Origin: Treponemataceae bacterium
GTDB lineage: Bacteria; Spirochaetota; Spirochaetia; Treponematales; Rectinemataceae
Reading direction: 5' to 3'
DNA length: 64,000 nucleotides
Assembly: GCA_963678065.2 (NCBI GenBank)
Contig: CAXXVZ010000002.1
Coordinates: 96,001-160,000, forward strand
Shown: positions 60,849-64,000 of the stretch, piece after piece
How positions within the stretch are numbered: position 1 is the first letter of the stretch
Layout of the letters: each line of letters begins with the position of its first letter
The notes under the pieces: model-generated
Told to the model about the DNA's origin: nothing
Database searches by the model: none
The model's input: only the letters and a program-made list of their open reading frames with translations
Made by a program: the position numbers and the translations under genes

Positions 60849-61745
60849 TCAGTCCTCCTTCTTCCGCTGGCCCCGCCACTGCAGGACGGTTATGCCGAAA
60901 AGGAAGAGGAAGAGGACGACGGAGATCGTCGACGCGTAGCCCATCCTGAAGAATCTGAACGCGGCCGTATAGATGTAATAGACGAGGACATGCGAGGAAG
61001 AGCCCGGCCCCCCTTGCGTCATCGTGAATATCTGCCCGAACACCTTGAATCCGGCAACGATGAGGGTGATCGTCAGAAAGAATGTCGTGTGGGAGAGCAT
61101 GGGCAAGGTTATGCGAAAGAACTTCTGCACGGCGCCCGCCCCGTCGATTTCAGCCGATTCGTAGAGCTCGGCCGGTATCCCGCCGAGGGCCGCGGAATAA
61201 ATCATGATCGCATAACCGATGCCGAGCCACACCGACATCATGACTATCGCCGTCATGACCCATTTCGGATCCGCGAGCCAGACGGGCATTTTGAGCCCGA
61301 AACCGAGGGCGAATTTGGCGATCGGTCCCGAGGGCGCGAGGAGCACCGTCCAGACTATGGAAACCGCGACGATGTTGGAGATGTAGGGAAGGAACAAAAG
61401 CAGCTTGGCGAGATCCTTGGCCGCGACGGCCCTCTCGATCACGGTCGCGAGAACTACCGCGAGGGCTATGGTCAGCGGCACCGTCCCCGCCACGTAAAAA
61501 ATCGTATTCTTCAGCGAATCCAGAAACCAGGTATCGCGCCAGATCTCGAGATAGTTTTTACCGCCGTTGAAGCGGATCGCCCCGAATCCCTGTGTGTAAT
61601 CCCAGTTTGAAAAGCTGATGACGACGGAGAACACGAAGGGCAGGAGGGTGAATACCATGAAGATCAGAAGGTTCGGCGCGATGAATGCGTAGCCCGCGAG
61701 GGAATCATCGCCAGGCGATTTCGTTCGTTTTTTCGAAGGGCTCAT
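60849..61745 (-). CDS. Carbohydrate ABC permease (MalF-like)
   Basis: YAFIAP, LYESAEIDGA, TQGGPG, MGYAS. Confidence 0.92.
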   Translation of the reverse strand: MSPSKKRTKSPGDDSLAGYAFIAPNLLIFMVFTLLPFVFSVVISFSNWDYTQGFGAIRFNGGKNYLEIWRDTWFLDSLKNTIFYVAGTVPLTIALAVVLATVIERAVAAKDLAKLLLFLPYISNIVAVSIVWTVLLAPSGPIAKFALGFGLKMPVWLADPKWVMTAIVMMSVWLGIGYAIMIYSAALGGIPAELYESAEIDGAGAVQKFFRITLPMLSHTTFFLTITLIVAGFKVFGQIFTMTQGGPGSSSHVLVYYIYTAAFRFFRMGYASTISVVLFLFLFGITVLQWRGQRKKED

Positions 61746-61877
61746 GGCGGTCCTTGTGTGGCTTTGCGCCCGGCAGGGTACACCCCTTCCGGGCGGAGCG
61801 TGCGCGGCGCAAGAAAAAGTGTCCGGCACGCGGCCTGCGTACCGGACATGCTTCTCAGGACAGAATAGGAAGGAAAA

Positions 61878-63173
61878 TCACTTCGCCGCGAGAATGACGT
61901 CCGAACGCTTCTTCGCATCGACGAGGGCCTGCCTGGTCGTTTTCTGGCCGAGCATGGCGAGTTCGAATTCCTCGGTCACGATGGCGACTACCTGGGGATC
62001 GGCGTAGGTTTCGACGAGGAAGGTCTTGGCCGGCGTGAGGAATCCGTTGATCGTGCTCGGGCGGTCGAAGAGCTTCTCCGCGCCTTTCAGGGCCGCAGCT
62101 TCGAGCTTGTCCATATCGGTCTTGACGTAGAGCGGGAAACGGCCAAAGGGAGCCATGGGGATGATCCCGCCTTCGACGTACCACTTCACGAAGGCCCAGG
62201 CTGCGTCGATATTCTTGGATTTGGGGTTGATGCAGATCTGGTCGCCGGGTCCGCCGGCCATGTAGTAGGTCCCCTTCGTGTTGTCGGAAGGAAGCGGAAC
62301 ATAGGCGGCCACGAAGTCGTGGGGGTAGCTCGCCACATTCTTGATGTCCCTGTAGAGCCAGCTTCCGTACACCATGGCGACCTTGCCGCTGCAGAAGAGG
62401 GCGGCGCCCTGGAGTTTCTGGCTGATGGAATCGGCGTGGCTGGGGATGCTGCCTTCGTTCATCATGTCGATGATGGTGCCCAGGGCTTTTTCATAGACCG
62501 GATTGTTGAGGGCAGTGGACTTGCGGTCTTTGGAATACATGGCGTTGCCGCCGAGATTCACGCCGGCGAATTCCAGGGCGAGGGTTTTGTAGGAATTGGT
62601 CTGGAGGAAAGCGCCGTAGACTTTGTTGTCTCCTGATCCCTTCGTGAGTTTTTTGGCGATGGCGCGGAACTCGTCGAGGGTCCAGGACTTGGGAATGGGG
62701 ATTCCCGCCGCGTCGAACATGTTTTTGTTGACCCAGAAGCCGTTGTTGTAGGTCTTGGAAGCGATGCCGTAAGCCTTGTCGTCGACCCTGGAGATCATGG
62801 CTCCCTCGGAACCGATGGCCGCTTCGAGGTCGAAACCTGACTTCTGCATGTAGGGCGTAAGTTCGAGCGCCATGTTGCCCTGGGCGCGCTTTCGCAGGCG
62901 ATCGGTCGTGTAGGTGACGTAGATGTCGATGTCGCCGCCGGCGAGGAGGTTGGTCTCGAGTTTCATGTTGCCCTGATCATCGTTGACGAAGCGCTCGTAC
63001 TCGATGGAATAGCCCTTGGACGCGAATTCCTTGTTGAAGAGATCGCAGACCTGCTGGGGCCCCGACTCGGGCGGCACGCCGCCCCACATGAGCAGCCTTA
63101 TGGGCGCGGCAGCAGCCGGCATGGCGGCGAGGGCGATCATCGCGAGCAGGATGAACCAAGTATTTTTCCGCAT
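61878..63173 (-). CDS. Carbohydrate ABC substrate-binding protein
   Basis: Signal peptide MRKNTWFILLAMIALAAMPAAA; NKNMFDAAG, WTLDEF, AAWAFVKW; GGAGG RBS. Confidence 0.9.
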   Translation of the reverse strand: MRKNTWFILLAMIALAAMPAAAAPIRLLMWGGVPPESGPQQVCDLFNKEFASKGYSIEYERFVNDDQGNMKLETNLLAGGDIDIYVTYTTDRLRKRAQGNMALELTPYMQKSGFDLEAAIGSEGAMISRVDDKAYGIASKTYNNGFWVNKNMFDAAGIPIPKSWTLDEFRAIAKKLTKGSGDNKVYGAFLQTNSYKTLALEFAGVNLGGNAMYSKDRKSTALNNPVYEKALGTIIDMMNEGSIPSHADSISQKLQGAALFCSGKVAMVYGSWLYRDIKNVASYPHDFVAAYVPLPSDNTKGTYYMAGGPGDQICINPKSKNIDAAWAFVKWYVEGGIIPMAPFGRFPLYVKTDMDKLEAAALKGAEKLFDRPSTINGFLTPAKTFLVETYADPQVVAIVTEEFELAMLGQKTTRQALVDAKKRSDVILAAK

Positions 63174-63340
63174 GGGAAGCCTCCGTTGGATTGAGTGGTT
63201 CCAGTATCCGGCCACTTTTCCGATCGTGTAACGATGAGTCCTGCGGAACTCGCTACGGAAACTGCCGGCGAAGGACGGAAATCGACAAGCGATATCGCGA
63301 TCCTGCTTTTTCCAGTCGCGATTCTGCCTCGCGCAGCAAA

Positions 63341-63376
63341 CCCGCGGCGCGATGCTTGAATCCCGCGGCGCGATGC
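63341..63376. repeat. 15-bp direct repeat with 21-bp period upstream of the SBP gene
   Basis: cccgcggcgcgatgc at 63341-63355 and 63362-63376. Confidence 0.75.
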
Positions 63377-63400
63377 GATGCCTGAAACCCGCCTTCCGGA

Positions 63401-64000
63401 TCAGCGCCCGCGCAGCTCGTTCGGAGTGACGCCGAACGCGCGCCTGAACAGAAGACCGAAGTGGTTGGGGCTTTCCACACCCACGGCGTCCGCGATCTGC
63501 CGCACGAGGAGATCGGTAGTCAGAAGAAGTTCCCGCGCGCGCTCCATCCTCGAGCGGTTCACGAAATCGATGAAGGAGACTCCGATTTCTCTCTTGAAAA
63601 TGTGCGCGAAATGGCTCGGACTCATGCCGGCGCGATCGGCGGCCTCCTCGACCGTATACTGCCGCGCGAGATCCGAGAGGACCCAGCGCCTGACTTCCGC
63701 GACTTCGCGTCTGAGTCCCGCGCGCGCGGCCGCCTCCCTGCAAAAGGCCTCCACGAAGGAGGGGAGCTTCCCTTCGATATCTCCGAGCGTGCGGGCGGAG
63801 CGAACCATGTCGTCGGGCGATTCGATTCCCTCTCCGGCGTCCTGCTTTTTTTCAAGCTCGAAGCCGAGCGAGCGAGCCCTCTCCTTGAAAGGCGAGAAGG
63901 CATCGATGGCGAGCGAGGCGAGCCTGTCGGCATCCTTGTCGGCGGCGGAGCGCAGCAATGAGAATACCGCGCCGAGATCCGCAAGCGCGGACCGCGTGTC
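63401..64000 (-). CDS. AraC-family HTH regulator, 3' part only
   Basis: MSPSHFAHIFKREIGVSF..IADAVGVESPNHFGLLFRRAFGVTP; the frame stays open to the window end. Confidence 0.85.
   Translation of the reverse strand, partial: DTRSALADLGAVFSLLRSAADKDADRLASLAIDAFSPFKERARSLGFELEKKQDAGEGIESPDDMVRSARTLGDIEGKLPSFVEAFCREAAARAGLRREVAEVRRWVLSDLARQYTVEEAADRAGMSPSHFAHIFKREIGVSFIDFVNRSRMERARELLLTTDLLVRQIADAVGVESPNHFGLLFRRAFGVTPNELRGR

Overview
High-GC bacterial chromosome window, probably from an anaerobic spirochaete (inferred from gene content; not verified). From left to right: a partial iadA, HD-GYP and LuxR genes; a minus-strand GH3 hexosaminidase with a ribose-type ABC transporter; a visibly less GC-rich 14-gene catabolic operon (8171-24888) with a convergent GntR; gatC-gatA-gatB(fused to an asparaginase-like domain)-aspS(non-discriminating type); an aspartokinase with a methanogen-type homocysteine synthesis cassette; msrAB-dipZ; lspA; a Na+-pumping decarboxylase with unusual subunits; a small accessory patch (IS110 remnant, FGE/CLec lipoprotein resembling a DGR target, AAA-nuclease, broken brnTA); and an AraC-regulated locus with a sugar ABC transporter and two UROD-family proteins. 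The best candidate for an undescribed system is the 8171-24888 operon. Its genes (two nucleoside hydrolases, isomerase, epimerase, transketolase, AOR, LarA-type racemase, P-loop kinase, ComA) can be ordered into a sulfo-pentose catabolic route ending in ComA-mediated desulfonation to PEP plus sulfite. That reading is inference from family assignments made by eye, without database searches. I found no rRNA, tRNA or CRISPR array.
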